Positions 1 to 9,086 of a stretch of DNA of 64,000 bases are shown piece after piece (positions within the stretch are counted from its first letter, which is position 1; each line of letters starts with the position of its first letter). The notes beneath the pieces were generated by a model. It worked only from the letters and a program-made list of their open reading frames with translations, was not told where the DNA came from and did no database searches. The stretch spans positions 631-64,630 of the forward strand of contig CAZYHS010000009.1 in the NCBI GenBank assembly GCA_964647545.1. The letters run 5' to 3'. This stretch comes from an uncultured Pseudomonadota bacterium (lineage in GTDB: Bacteria > UBA10199 > GCA-002796325 > 1-14-0-20-49-13). The position numbers and the translations under genes are program-made.

Positions 1-127
1 ACACTGGACGTTATTGGATGCGCCTTTCGAGTCGCAAAATCTGGACAAAAAACGGGGAGCTGTGGTCCCACTTGGGGCTCAATTTTGCCCCAGTATTTCC
101 AACATCTCCTTACCGTAGAAATTCCAC

Positions 128-156
128 TTGAACTCACAATGAAACAGGTTTATACT
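128..156 (+). promoter_or_regulatory. putative sigma70-type promoter (TTGAAC-17-TATACT) for the two-component cluster
   Basis: TTGAAC at 128-133 and TATACT at 151-156, 17-nt spacer, about 60 nt before the RBS GGAGG (211-215) and ATG 220. Confidence 0.3.
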
Positions 157-163
157 TATAATA

Positions 164-199
164 CTTCGAACAATTATAAAGCTTCGACATAGTTCGAAG
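164..199 (+). promoter_or_regulatory. operator-like inverted repeat CTTCGAAC...GTTCGAAG with a central GCTTCGAC half-site
   Basis: Perfect 8-bp inverted arms at 164-171 and 192-199 with a third TTCGA core at 181-188. It sits between the putative -10 and the RBS of a gene encoding an HTH protein. Confidence 0.3.
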
Positions 200-219
200 G
201 TTTTCTATCTGGAGGTTTT

Positions 220-807
220 ATGAGGGTGAAAGGGCTTTCAACTTATCAGGTGGCAAAGATCTGTGATGTTCATCACACGACCGTTATCAATTGGGTCAAC
301 GAGGGGAAGCTGCCGGCTTACACAACCCCCGGAGGACACAGACGCATTAAAAATGAAGATCTCATGGAGTTCGCCAGAAAGTTCAATATTCCGGTTTCCA
401 ACTCGGATATCGGTGGTTTTGAAGAGCGAAAAAAGAAGCTCGTGCTTGTCGTCGATGACGAGAAAGATGTCCTTGATGAACTTAGCGAAGCGCTCGCCGG
501 ACACGGCTTCGACATGGAATTTGCCTCCGACGGTTTTGAAGCTGGACGAAAAATCTATCGCCATCGCCCCGATCTTGTTCTGCTCGATTTCAAAATGCCC
601 GGCATGGACGGATTTCAGGTGTGCGAGGTCATGCGCAAAGACAAAGAGACCGCGTCGATACCGATAATCGCCGTAACGGCCTTATCAAGCAGCGAAGATC
701 GCGTAAGGATACTTGCCAGCGGAGTCAATAGATACGTCCCCAAGCCGGTCGATGTAAGAAAACTGCTCGAGGTCATTAAAGAACTTTTGGAAGGGGGCCG
801 GCTATGA
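220..807 (+). CDS. atypical response regulator: N-terminal excisionase/MerR-like HTH (HTH_17 type) fused to a C-terminal CheY-like receiver
   Basis: N-terminus LSTYQVAKICDVHHTTVINWVNEGKLPAYTTPGGHRRI resembles a winged HTH of the excisionase family. The C-terminal half (KLVLVVDDEKD...LLDFKMPGMDGF...AVTA) is a receiver domain. The stop overlaps the next start (ATGA at 804-807). Confidence 0.8.
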   Translation: MRVKGLSTYQVAKICDVHHTTVINWVNEGKLPAYTTPGGHRRIKNEDLMEFARKFNIPVSNSDIGGFEERKKKLVLVVDDEKDVLDELSEALAGHGFDMEFASDGFEAGRKIYRHRPDLVLLDFKMPGMDGFQVCEVMRKDKETASIPIIAVTALSSSEDRVRILASGVNRYVPKPVDVRKLLEVIKELLEGGRL

Positions 808-1964
808 AACATTACTCTCTTCTTATGGTCGATGACGACGTTGAATTTCTAGAAGAGTTCGGGCCTATTCTTTCCGAACACGGATTTGACGTTCACACGG
901 CCACCAACGGCAGTGACGCTTTGCAGATCGCCGGCAAAGTTCAGCCTGCTGTCGTGCTGATGGATGAAAGGCTCCCCGACGCCGACGGTCAGGAGCTCAT
1001 AAAAAATATTAGGGGCGTGTCAAAAAAGAGCTCGTTCATTATGATTACGGCTTATGCCGACGTGCCGTCGGTTGTGAAAGGTCTTAGAGAAGGGATTTCG
1101 GATTACATCACCAAGCCTACCGAGCCGAATACTCTTCTGCATCAGATTTTCAAAGTCATGCAGCATCGCAGGCATAGCGACGCCGACAAAGAAAAGATGT
1201 CTCAGCTTGCGAAGAAGAACGAAGAGCTCAAGCGCCTTGATAATCTCAAATCGCAGTTCGTTGCCAATGTTTCTCACGAGCTGCTCGGTCCGCTTGGCAT
1301 CATCAAAGAGTCCATCGATATTGCGCGCGAAAAATGTTCGCAAAGTAGCGGGGACGATGCTCATCGATATTTTGATATAAGCGAGAGAGAACTTGGCAGA
1401 CTTATCCGTTTTACAAAGAACATGCTCGACCTCTCTAAAATTGAATCGGGTAAAATGCCGTTTCAAAGGGCCGAGGTTGACATGGTCTCGCTTGCAGCCG
1501 ACGTTACGACCATGTTCGAGAGCGAATGCGATAAAAACGACGTTGAGCTCGAACTGCACGCAGATAATGTCCCTTCATCGCTTTACCTTGACCCCGACCT
1601 AATGCGAGAACTTCTGGTAAATCTTATCAGCAACGGCATCAAACACTCAAAGCAGGGGCAGAAGGTCAAAGTCGGCATGTTCGCCGACGAAGCTCATTTT
1701 CGGATAGAAGTGACGGATGAAGGCCCCGGAATTCCCGAAAAACTCAGGCCGAATATTTTCGACAAGTATTACAGAATTTTCGAGGACAGGACGCAGGGGA
1801 CAGGTCTTGGGCTCTCTATCGTCAAGGAGATCGTTTCGCTACACGGCGGCAAGGTTTGGGTCGAGCCGGCGGGGGAGACCGGTTCCAATTTTGTCGTCTA
1901 TCTTCCGATATTACCGATCGTAAATAATAAGGAGGCCGACCATGAAAAAAATAATAATAGTTGA
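804..1964 (+). CDS. hybrid receiver-histidine kinase (REC, HisKA, HATPase_c)
   Basis: N-terminal receiver (LLMVDDD, LMDERLPDADG). H-box NVSHELLGPLG. ATPase motifs NGIKHS, DEGPGIP, GTGLGLSIV. Translationally coupled to the flanking genes. Confidence 0.85.
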   Translation: MKHYSLLMVDDDVEFLEEFGPILSEHGFDVHTATNGSDALQIAGKVQPAVVLMDERLPDADGQELIKNIRGVSKKSSFIMITAYADVPSVVKGLREGISDYITKPTEPNTLLHQIFKVMQHRRHSDADKEKMSQLAKKNEELKRLDNLKSQFVANVSHELLGPLGIIKESIDIAREKCSQSSGDDAHRYFDISERELGRLIRFTKNMLDLSKIESGKMPFQRAEVDMVSLAADVTTMFESECDKNDVELELHADNVPSSLYLDPDLMRELLVNLISNGIKHSKQGQKVKVGMFADEAHFRIEVTDEGPGIPEKLRPNIFDKYYRIFEDRTQGTGLGLSIVKEIVSLHGGKVWVEPAGETGSNFVVYLPILPIVNNKEADHEKNNNS

Positions 1965-2313
1965 TGACGACATGGAATATCTCGACGAGCTTTCCGACAT
2001 GCTTGGCGCGGCCGGTTACGTGATCATCCCGATATTCGAGGAGAACGCCGCCGTGGCCGTGGCCAGAAATTTGCAGCCCGACGTCATATTGCTCGACCTT
2101 AAGTTGAAACATCAAAGCGGATTTTCGCTCGCTATCGAACTTGGCAGATATCCGGAAACCCGCAATATTCCGGTGATCGCCATGACGGGATTCTATTCCG
2201 AAAAAGAGTGCACCGAACTGCAGAAGGCGTGCAATATCGAAAAAATTCTTTACAAGCCGCTGGCTCCGCTTTCGATAATCTCTGCGGTCGAGAAATTGGG
2301 TAAAGGCATTTGA
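1942..2313 (+). CDS. single-domain CheY-like response regulator
   Basis: 123 aa, receiver only (IIIVDDD, LLDLKLKHQSG, IAMTGF). Overlaps the upstream kinase gene by 23 nt. Confidence 0.8.
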   Translation: MKKIIIVDDDMEYLDELSDMLGAAGYVIIPIFEENAAVAVARNLQPDVILLDLKLKHQSGFSLAIELGRYPETRNIPVIAMTGFYSEKECTELQKACNIEKILYKPLAPLSIISAVEKLGKGI

Positions 2314-2332
2314 AAATAATAAGGAGAGCTCC

Positions 2333-4984
2333 ATGAACGAGCGTCTTATCCAGTTTACCAGAGGCGTTTCTGTGATCATTATCATAGGTTCTATGCTGGT
2401 TGCCGCCGGATGGTTCTTCGATGCAATAATGTTCGGAGCAGAAGTTCAGATAGCGGTGGTGGCCTCATTTTTTATATGTGCCTTGTCGCTGATCCTTCAA
2501 ACGATCCGCTCCTCTCGTTTTGCCTCTCTCGGCAGAGCGCTTGCCTTGGCGGTTGTCGTAATTAATTTTTTCCTTTTCACAGATCATCTTCTTAAACACC
2601 TGCCACCCGAGCTTATCACCAACTGGGTGCTGTTCATTTTTACGGGGATGTCTCTTGCCTGTTCGGGGCGCGGGAAATATTGCGTTGTCGCACGGGTGCT
2701 TAATTTGATCGTTGCGATCGTTGCCTTGTTCAACGTTTACGGGGCGCTTTACGGTTCTTATGAGAGCGGGGCGATCTGGGTAAAATATTTTGAGACGGGC
2801 ATTGTGGAGTCGCTGCTTTTCATGCTGATGAGCGCCGCCATAATTGCTTTTCGCAGGGACGAATGGATTCTCGATCCGGTTATGAGCAGGATGCTTGGCG
2901 GAGTGATGGCTCGCAGATTTGTTCCGTTGGTGTTTCTTTTTATGTTTCTTGCGTGGCTGCGCCTCAAAGGAGAGATGTACGGCTTCTACGATCTAGGGTT
3001 CGGACTCACTCTTACGATATTTGTCGCAACGTTGATCATGGTATTCTCGGTGTTGTTTGTGGCTCGTAAAATGAACGCTCTTGACGAGATGAAAGAGCGC
3101 GGCACCGACGCCCTGATGATTTTCAGAAGTCTTGTGGACGCTGCTAACGAGGAAATATTCATAATCGACGCTGCTTCGGGGGCTATTCTTGACGTGAATG
3201 GTACGGTAAGCGAGCTCACAGGCTATTCAAGGGAAGAACTGCTGCTCATGAACGTGGTCGATATCGAGGGTGGCATCGAAGGCTTTACTTGGGATAGACA
3301 CGTTGCTTCGCTTAGGAATATGGAAAAAACAACCCTGTGCGGGGGGCATCGTCGTAAGGATGGAACAATAATTCCCGTCGAAATAAATATCAGGCTGGTC
3401 AAGGTCAGGAGCCGTGAGTTCGTCATCGCCTTTGCGCGCGACATCACCGAACGAAAGAAGGCCGAAACCGCGTTGCACGAAAGCGAAGAGACCTTAAGGG
3501 TCATGACCGAAAACGCCAAAGACGCTATCATCATGATAGATGACGAAGGGAAGGTCTCTTTCTGGAACCGTGCCGCCGAAAACATTCTAGGTTATTCACG
3601 CATGGAGATCATGGGGAAAAATTGCCATCAGATAATTGCACCCAAGAAATATCACGGGGCCTACGAGGGGGCGTTCCCACATTTCAAGCTTACGGGTGAA
3701 GGGGGCGTTATCGGCAAGACCTTGGAGCTAGAAGCCGTTAGAAAGAACGGCGAGATCTTTCCGATCGAACTTTCTGTCGCCGGAATCAAGTTCAAAGGCA
3801 AGTGGCACGCCGTGGGCATCATGCGTGACATTACCGAAAGAAAGAGGACGGAGTCGGAGCTTTTGAATTATCAAAAACAGCTGGAGCGAATGATCAAGGA
3901 GAGAGAGGGCGAGCTCAAGGAGGACGAAAAGAAATATCGCGAGATACTCGAGAACGCCAACGACCCGATCGTCGTTACAAACGCCGACACGGGCGAAATT
4001 CTACTTGTGAACCATGCGGCCGAAAGATTTTTCGGGCGCTCACAAAATGAGCTGGTCGGAGCCGAGCAGACGATTTTATATCCAGCCGACAAGAAGGAGC
4101 ATTATCGCAAGCGTTTTAAAGAAGCGGTCTTGCAGCGTTCGATCGTTGTGAGAGATGTGACGGTCGTAACATCTTCGGGGAAAGAGATCCCCGTGCAGAT
4201 AAGTTGTAGTAAGGTTTTCTGGCAGGGGCAGAAGATTGTTCAGGGAATTTTTTCAGATGTCTCCGAATACAAAAAAATAGAAGCCGGTCTGGCCAAAGAG
4301 CTTGAGAATGCCAAGCGGCTGTCTGATATCGGCGCGCTGGCGGCGACCGTTGCGCACGAACTTCGCAATCCGCTGGGCGTTATTAGAACGGCGGCATACA
4401 ATATAGACAGAAAGGCCAAAGACCCCGACCTGTCAAAACACATCGCCAACATCGATAAAAAAATTCTCGAAAGCGATAGGATCATTAAGAACCTTTTGAC
4501 CTATTCAAGGATCAAGCAGCCGCAACTTGAACAGCTTGCTCCGATAAGGCTTATCGACGAATGCGTGAGAGAGTGTCGCGAAAAATACAAAGGTTACGAC
4601 ATAAAATTTACGCGGGATTATCGGTGCGGTATGGACGATCCGATGATGGCCGATTCTCTTCATATGGCCGAGCTCTTTACAAACATTCTTGACAATGCCT
4701 GCCAGTCGCTTTTGGAAAAGCGCGGCACCGTAGATATCACGGCCGAGATGGACCGGCAAAAAGGGTTGTTCAGGTTGGTCATAAAAGACGACGGCGAAGG
4801 AATTGCTCCGGCCGATATGCCGAAGTTGTTCGAACCGTTCTTCACCAAAAAGTCGAAAGGTGTCGGACTTGGGCTGACTGTCTGTCAGCAGGTTGTCGGA
4901 CTGCATAACGGCAGGATAGACATCAAGAGCGAAAAGGGGGTCGGTTCGATCGTAACGGTTGAGCTTCCGATAGGAAATGTTTGA
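2333..4984 (+). CDS. polytopic membrane sensor histidine kinase with three PAS domains
   Basis: About 250 aa of hydrophobic N-terminus (6-7 predicted TM segments), three PAS-like modules each followed by DITERK, H-box VAHELRNPLG, HATPase_c GVGLGLTVCQQVV. Confidence 0.85.
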   Translation: MNERLIQFTRGVSVIIIIGSMLVAAGWFFDAIMFGAEVQIAVVASFFICALSLILQTIRSSRFASLGRALALAVVVINFFLFTDHLLKHLPPELITNWVLFIFTGMSLACSGRGKYCVVARVLNLIVAIVALFNVYGALYGSYESGAIWVKYFETGIVESLLFMLMSAAIIAFRRDEWILDPVMSRMLGGVMARRFVPLVFLFMFLAWLRLKGEMYGFYDLGFGLTLTIFVATLIMVFSVLFVARKMNALDEMKERGTDALMIFRSLVDAANEEIFIIDAASGAILDVNGTVSELTGYSREELLLMNVVDIEGGIEGFTWDRHVASLRNMEKTTLCGGHRRKDGTIIPVEINIRLVKVRSREFVIAFARDITERKKAETALHESEETLRVMTENAKDAIIMIDDEGKVSFWNRAAENILGYSRMEIMGKNCHQIIAPKKYHGAYEGAFPHFKLTGEGGVIGKTLELEAVRKNGEIFPIELSVAGIKFKGKWHAVGIMRDITERKRTESELLNYQKQLERMIKEREGELKEDEKKYREILENANDPIVVTNADTGEILLVNHAAERFFGRSQNELVGAEQTILYPADKKEHYRKRFKEAVLQRSIVVRDVTVVTSSGKEIPVQISCSKVFWQGQKIVQGIFSDVSEYKKIEAGLAKELENAKRLSDIGALAATVAHELRNPLGVIRTAAYNIDRKAKDPDLSKHIANIDKKILESDRIIKNLLTYSRIKQPQLEQLAPIRLIDECVRECREKYKGYDIKFTRDYRCGMDDPMMADSLHMAELFTNILDNACQSLLEKRGTVDITAEMDRQKGLFRLVIKDDGEGIAPADMPKLFEPFFTKKSKGVGLGLTVCQQVVGLHNGRIDIKSEKGVGSIVTVELPIGNV

Positions 4985-5010
4985 AACAAACCCTATGGAG
5001 GTGATCGAGC

Positions 5011-5424
5011 ATGAAAAAGATCTTAATGATAGATGACGACGAGGAGATGTGCCACGAAATGTGCGATGCGCTTACGGGAAACTCCTATCAGGTCGAATAT
5101 GTCCATTGCGGCGAAGTGGGGCTAACTAAGGCGATGAGCGGGGAGTATTCTGTTGTGCTGCTCGACCTTAAGATGACAGGCATGGGAGGCCGGAAAGTTC
5201 TTGAAGCGCTTAAGGCGAAAAATCCCGCGATTAAAGTGATGGTCCTGACAGGTTCTCCCGTAAGTCCGGCAATACTCGGAATGCCCGATGTCGAGGAATT
5301 AAACCCCGTCTTCAATAATGTTTGCGGCTACGATGTCGAAGTCCTCAGGCTTGCCGATTGCGTGATGAACAAACCGTTCGATGTCGCGAGAGTCATTCGT
5401 AAGATCGATGAGTTCTGTCGATAG
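5011..5424 (+). CDS. receiver-domain protein (stand-alone REC with a C-terminal insertion)
   Basis: MKKILMIDDDEE, VLLDLKMTGMGG, VMVLTG. No output domain. Confidence 0.7.
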   Translation: MKKILMIDDDEEMCHEMCDALTGNSYQVEYVHCGEVGLTKAMSGEYSVVLLDLKMTGMGGRKVLEALKAKNPAIKVMVLTGSPVSPAILGMPDVEELNPVFNNVCGYDVEVLRLADCVMNKPFDVARVIRKIDEFCR

Positions 5425-5539
5425 TGGCGGCGTTCTAAAATTTCAATTGCCAGCTATTTTCTCTTGGGCTAAAGGTTTGGCCTCTAAAACACATAGGTCG
5501 TGCCCAGCGCGACCACCTACAACCGGAGGCTAAGATCCT

Positions 5540-7621
5540 ATGAAAGTCTATGAGACGGAAAAAATCCGAAACATCGCTTTAATCGGAAACAAGGGCGTCG
5601 GTAAGACACAGTTGCTTGATGCAATGCTTTTTGCTTGCGGGCTCAACACTCGCATCGGCAAAACGAGCGATTCCTCTTCGGTTGCAGATTATGATCCCGC
5701 GGAAATTAGAAGACAGCAAACCCTCATATCAAAAGTTATCCCGTGCGAATGGAAGGGGATGAAAATAAACGTGCTCGATACTCCGGGCTACGCAGACTTC
5801 ATCGGCGAGACCCTTTCGGCGCTTACCGTCGCCGACATGGCAGTCGTCGTAGTCGATGCGGCACACGGAGTCGATATCCCCACCAAGCGCATCATGAATT
5901 ATGCCGTGGAACTTCACAAGCCCCTCGCCTTCATTATCAACAAGTGCGACAATGAATATGCCGATCTCGACAAGACGATCGAATCTATTCGTGCCGCCAA
6001 CGGCAAAGCGGTCTTTGTGCAGAGCCCTGCCGGTAAAGGTTCGGCCTTCAAAGGCGTTGTCGATGTCCTGAACATGCGAGCTTACATCAGCGAAAGTGGA
6101 AAAGCAAAAGAGCTCGATGTTCCGGCCGAATTTCAGGAGAAGGCCAAAGAATGCAGAACATCGGTCATCGAAGCGGTCGCCGAGAACGACGAAGCTCTCA
6201 TGGAAAAATATCTTGCCGGAGGAGAGCTTAGCGCCGCCGAGATCAAGACCGGTTTTTCAAAAGGGATCGCTAACGGAAGTATCGCACCGGTGTTTTTGAC
6301 GGCCGCGTCTAGCGGTGTCGGGTCGGACGCCTTCATGCAAATGTGCTGTGATTGGTTTCCTTCCCCGAAAGATGTCTCGCCGGCAAAAGGAAAAAATGAC
6401 GCCGGTCAGGAAGAGACAAGAACGGTCGGCGATGCTTTCTCGGCCTTTGTGTTTAAAGCCGCAAGCGATCCCGGAATCGGAGACATCTGTTTCTTCCGCG
6501 TGTGGAGCGGCAGCGTAGCTCACGGGGACGATGTCTATAATTCGTCGCGTCGCACGGTGGAGCGAATGGGCCATCTCTTTGTGATGCACGGCAAGAACCG
6601 CGAAGAGGTCGAAAAGGTCTTTGCCGGAGACATTGCGTGCGTTGCGAAATTAAAGAGCACCGGTATTTGCGACACGCTCTGCGTCAAGACAAAACCGATT
6701 AAGTTCGATCAAATTAAATTTCCCGAACCGATGGTGAGCCTTGCTGTCAAGCCGAAGACAAAAGCCGACTCCGACAAAATCGGCAACGGTTTTTCCAAAC
6801 TCATGGCGATCGATCACACTTTCAAAATGCACATTGACCATGAATTTAATGAAACTATCATCGCCGGCATCGGCGAAATTCATCTTGAACTGATGCTCGA
6901 ACGTCTCAAAGAACGCTACGGCGTCGAGGTCGAAGTCGGCAAGCCACGCATTCCGTATCGCGAGACGATCCAAAAGCCGGTCAAGGTTCAGGGAAAATAC
7001 AAAAAACAATCGGGCGGACGCGGTCAGTACGGCGACTGCTGGATCGAAATGTCGCCGCTTCCTCACGGCAAGGGGTTCGAATTTGAAAATAAGATCTTCG
7101 GCGGCTCGATTCCGGGCAAATTTATACCGGCCATAGAAAAGGGCGTTCGCGATACGATGCAGCGCGGAACTTACGCCGGTTATCCGGTCGTTGACATTAA
7201 AGTCGCGGTCGTGGACGGCAGCTATCACGATGTCGATTCAAGCGATATGGCGTTTCAGATCGCCGGATCTATGGCCTTTAAGCTTGCCGAAGAGGCGGCT
7301 AGCCCCGTGCTGCTCGAACCTATTATGAACGTTGAGGTCACGGTGCCGTCGAATTACATGGGAGATATCACAAGCGATATTTCAAGCCGCCGCGGAAAAG
7401 TTGCCGGAATGGATTCGCAAGGGGAGGCAACGATAATCAAGGCGCAGGTTCCGCTCGCCGAAATGTACAAATATTCGACATCGCTAAGATCGGTCACAAG
7501 CGGAGCCGGCTCTTACACGATGAGCTTTAGCCACTACGAACAACTGCCGTCGCACGCGGCGCAAAAGATAGTTGAAGAGAGCAAACGCAATAAAGTTGCC
7601 GAGCCCCAAGAAAAACATTGA
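5540..7621 (+). CDS. EF-G paralogue (EF-G2/EFG-II-like translational GTPase) with a divergent G domain
   Basis: Full five-domain EF-G length (693 aa). P-loop GNKGVGKT replaces AHIDAGKT. The G3 motif reads DTPGYADF, so the catalytic His is Tyr. NKCD is intact. The C-terminal domains IV-V are well conserved (GGRGQYG, GSYHDVDSS). The canonical fusA is at 24266. Confidence 0.8.
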   Translation: MKVYETEKIRNIALIGNKGVGKTQLLDAMLFACGLNTRIGKTSDSSSVADYDPAEIRRQQTLISKVIPCEWKGMKINVLDTPGYADFIGETLSALTVADMAVVVVDAAHGVDIPTKRIMNYAVELHKPLAFIINKCDNEYADLDKTIESIRAANGKAVFVQSPAGKGSAFKGVVDVLNMRAYISESGKAKELDVPAEFQEKAKECRTSVIEAVAENDEALMEKYLAGGELSAAEIKTGFSKGIANGSIAPVFLTAASSGVGSDAFMQMCCDWFPSPKDVSPAKGKNDAGQEETRTVGDAFSAFVFKAASDPGIGDICFFRVWSGSVAHGDDVYNSSRRTVERMGHLFVMHGKNREEVEKVFAGDIACVAKLKSTGICDTLCVKTKPIKFDQIKFPEPMVSLAVKPKTKADSDKIGNGFSKLMAIDHTFKMHIDHEFNETIIAGIGEIHLELMLERLKERYGVEVEVGKPRIPYRETIQKPVKVQGKYKKQSGGRGQYGDCWIEMSPLPHGKGFEFENKIFGGSIPGKFIPAIEKGVRDTMQRGTYAGYPVVDIKVAVVDGSYHDVDSSDMAFQIAGSMAFKLAEEAASPVLLEPIMNVEVTVPSNYMGDITSDISSRRGKVAGMDSQGEATIIKAQVPLAEMYKYSTSLRSVTSGAGSYTMSFSHYEQLPSHAAQKIVEESKRNKVAEPQEKH

Positions 7622-7644
7622 TGAAAGAAGATAAATAAATGAAG

Positions 7645-7681
7645 ACCGGAGACCGGTTCTTTACCGGCTCCGGTTTTTGTT
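7645..7681 (+). terminator. rho-independent terminator after the EF-G paralogue
   Basis: ACCGGAG...CTCCGGT stem (7645-7651 / 7668-7674) followed by TTTTTGTTTG. Confidence 0.6.
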
Positions 7682-7715
7682 TGCTTTGTAAAATTCGGCA
7701 CGAAAGAAAAAAACG

Positions 7716-8552
7716 ATGAAGAGACATTTTAATAACAAAAATAACAAACACAGGCAGGGGAGCAGAAATGTTGAGCAGCGTCAGCAGTCTTCGGGGCGTG
7801 ATATCGTTTGCGGATTAAATTCCGTCACCGAAGTTTTACGCGCCGGCAGCAGACAAGTTTATTGCGTTTATGTTGCCGAAGGAAGGCATGGCGCGACTTT
7901 CGACAGGCTTCTTGATTTGGCGCGTGTGAAAAACGTGAGAGTTGTGGAAGCTCCCCGTTCAAAGATAGACGAGCTCACACGAGTTGAGACCAATCAAGGG
8001 GTGGCGGCCGAAGTTGAGCCGTTTAAATATTTCGAGCTTGAGGAGCTGTTGGCTACGATTAAATCGAGGGGGGAGACCCCTTTTCTTGTGTTGCTCGACC
8101 AAATAAACGATCCGCATAACGTCGGTGCTATCATTAGAACGGCACATTTAATGGGGGCTCACGGGCTCGTTTTGCCGAAAGATAACGCCGCCCAAATCGG
8201 CCCGACCGTCTCAAAAACGGCCAGCGGAGGGATCGAATATCTTCCGATAGTTAAAGTAACAAACTTAAATTCGGCCATTAACACCTTGAAAGATAATAAT
8301 ATTTGGGTTGTAGGAGCAGACGGGGAGACGACAAAAACCATTTACGACTATGATTTTACCGGACCGTCGGCAATTGTTATGGGCGGAGAGGGTAAAGGCT
8401 TGAGAAGACTAGTGAAAGAGCATTGTGACGAGCTTTTGGCGATTCCTATGTCGGGACATTTAGACTCTTTTAACGTCTCTGTCGCTAGCGCAATTTTTAT
8501 GGCTGAGTTGGCCCGACAGAGAATGAGCAAAAAACATGCCAAAAAGCTTTAA
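7716..8552 (+). CDS. rlmB: RlmB/TrmH (SpoU) family rRNA 2'-O-methyltransferase
   Basis: SpoU-class motifs (LVLLDQINDPHNVGAIIRTAHLMGAHGLVL, AIVMGGEGKGL). A basic N-terminal tail is typical of RlmB-like proteins. Confidence 0.75.
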   Translation: MKRHFNNKNNKHRQGSRNVEQRQQSSGRDIVCGLNSVTEVLRAGSRQVYCVYVAEGRHGATFDRLLDLARVKNVRVVEAPRSKIDELTRVETNQGVAAEVEPFKYFELEELLATIKSRGETPFLVLLDQINDPHNVGAIIRTAHLMGAHGLVLPKDNAAQIGPTVSKTASGGIEYLPIVKVTNLNSAINTLKDNNIWVVGADGETTKTIYDYDFTGPSAIVMGGEGKGLRRLVKEHCDELLAIPMSGHLDSFNVSVASAIFMAELARQRMSKKHAKKL

Positions 8553-8558
8553 AAGCCC

Positions 8559-8594
8559 TTGACAAAGCTTATGTATTCTCATAACAATCCGCGC
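8559..8594 (+). promoter_or_regulatory. tRNA operon promoter with a GC-rich discriminator
   Basis: TTGACA (8559-8564), about a 17-nt spacer, TAACAAT, then CCGCGC immediately downstream. A GC discriminator is typical of stringently controlled stable-RNA promoters. Confidence 0.4.
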
Positions 8595-8632
8595 ACTTTT
8601 GACTACGTGCGAGTGTGTCTTTTGCACGTTTT

Positions 8633-8705
8633 GCCGACGTAGCTCAGTTGGTAGAGCTCCTGATTTGTAATCAGGTGGTCGGGGGTTCGAGTCCCTTCGT
8701 CGGCT
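8633..8705 (+). tRNA. tRNA-Thr (anticodon TGT)
   Basis: Manual cloverleaf: acceptor GCCGACG/CGTCGGC, D-arm GCTCAGTTGGTAGAGC, anticodon stem CCTGA/TCAGG with loop TTTGTAA, T-loop GGTTCGAGTCC. No encoded CCA. Confidence 0.85.
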
Positions 8706-8711
8706 CAACCG

Positions 8712-8748
8712 CCGAAGGTTGATCGCGAACCTTGGGCGCTGTTTTTTG
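8712..8748 (+). terminator. terminator-like hairpin plus T6 between tRNA-Thr and tRNA-Tyr (possible processing or partial-termination site)
   Basis: CCGAAGGTT...AACCTTGGG stem with one mismatch, followed by a T6 run at 8742-8747. Confidence 0.3.
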
Positions 8749-8812
8749 TTCATTTACAAGTTAAATCTCTTGAGAAGATAAAGAAGATAAAAGGGTAATT
8801 TGTTGTAACGGG

Positions 8813-8895
8813 GGAGAGGTACCCAAGCGGCCAAAGGGAGCAGACTGTAAATCTGCCGGCATTTGCCTTCGAAGGTTCGATTCCTTCCCTCTCCA
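8813..8895 (+). tRNA. tRNA-Tyr (anticodon GTA), class II with a long variable arm
   Basis: Acceptor GGAGAGG/CCTCTCC, anticodon stem GCAGA/TCTGC with loop CTGTAAA, long variable arm CGGCATTTGCC, T-arm GAAGGTTCGATTCCTTC. Confidence 0.85.
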
Positions 8896-8903
8896 CATTT
8901 TGT

Positions 8904-8977
8904 GCGGGAGTAGCTTAGTGGTAAAGCTCCAGCCTTCCAAGCTGGCTACGAGGGTTCGATTCCCTTCTCCCGCTCCA
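8904..8977 (+). tRNA. tRNA-Gly (anticodon TCC), CCA encoded
   Basis: Acceptor GCGGGAG/CTCCCGC, anticodon stem CCAGC/GCTGG with loop CTTCCAA, T-loop GGTTCGATTCC, discriminator T plus CCA (8975-8977). Confidence 0.85.
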
Positions 8978-9086
8978 ACAAGATGAGATAGTGCGTTGTG
9001 TCTGCCGGCTGCTGATGTACAAGCGGGAAAATTTTTATCGGCGTTGCATGTTAGACACTTGAGCGCTACACACTGAGTTTATAAAA

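Noticed and set aside
220-420. Excisionase-family HTH at the window start as a sign of a prophage or integrative element next to a tRNA cluster
   Set aside because: The HTH is fused in frame to a receiver domain and embedded in a two-component cluster. No integrase, phage structural genes or att-like direct repeats of tRNA 3' ends were found in the window.
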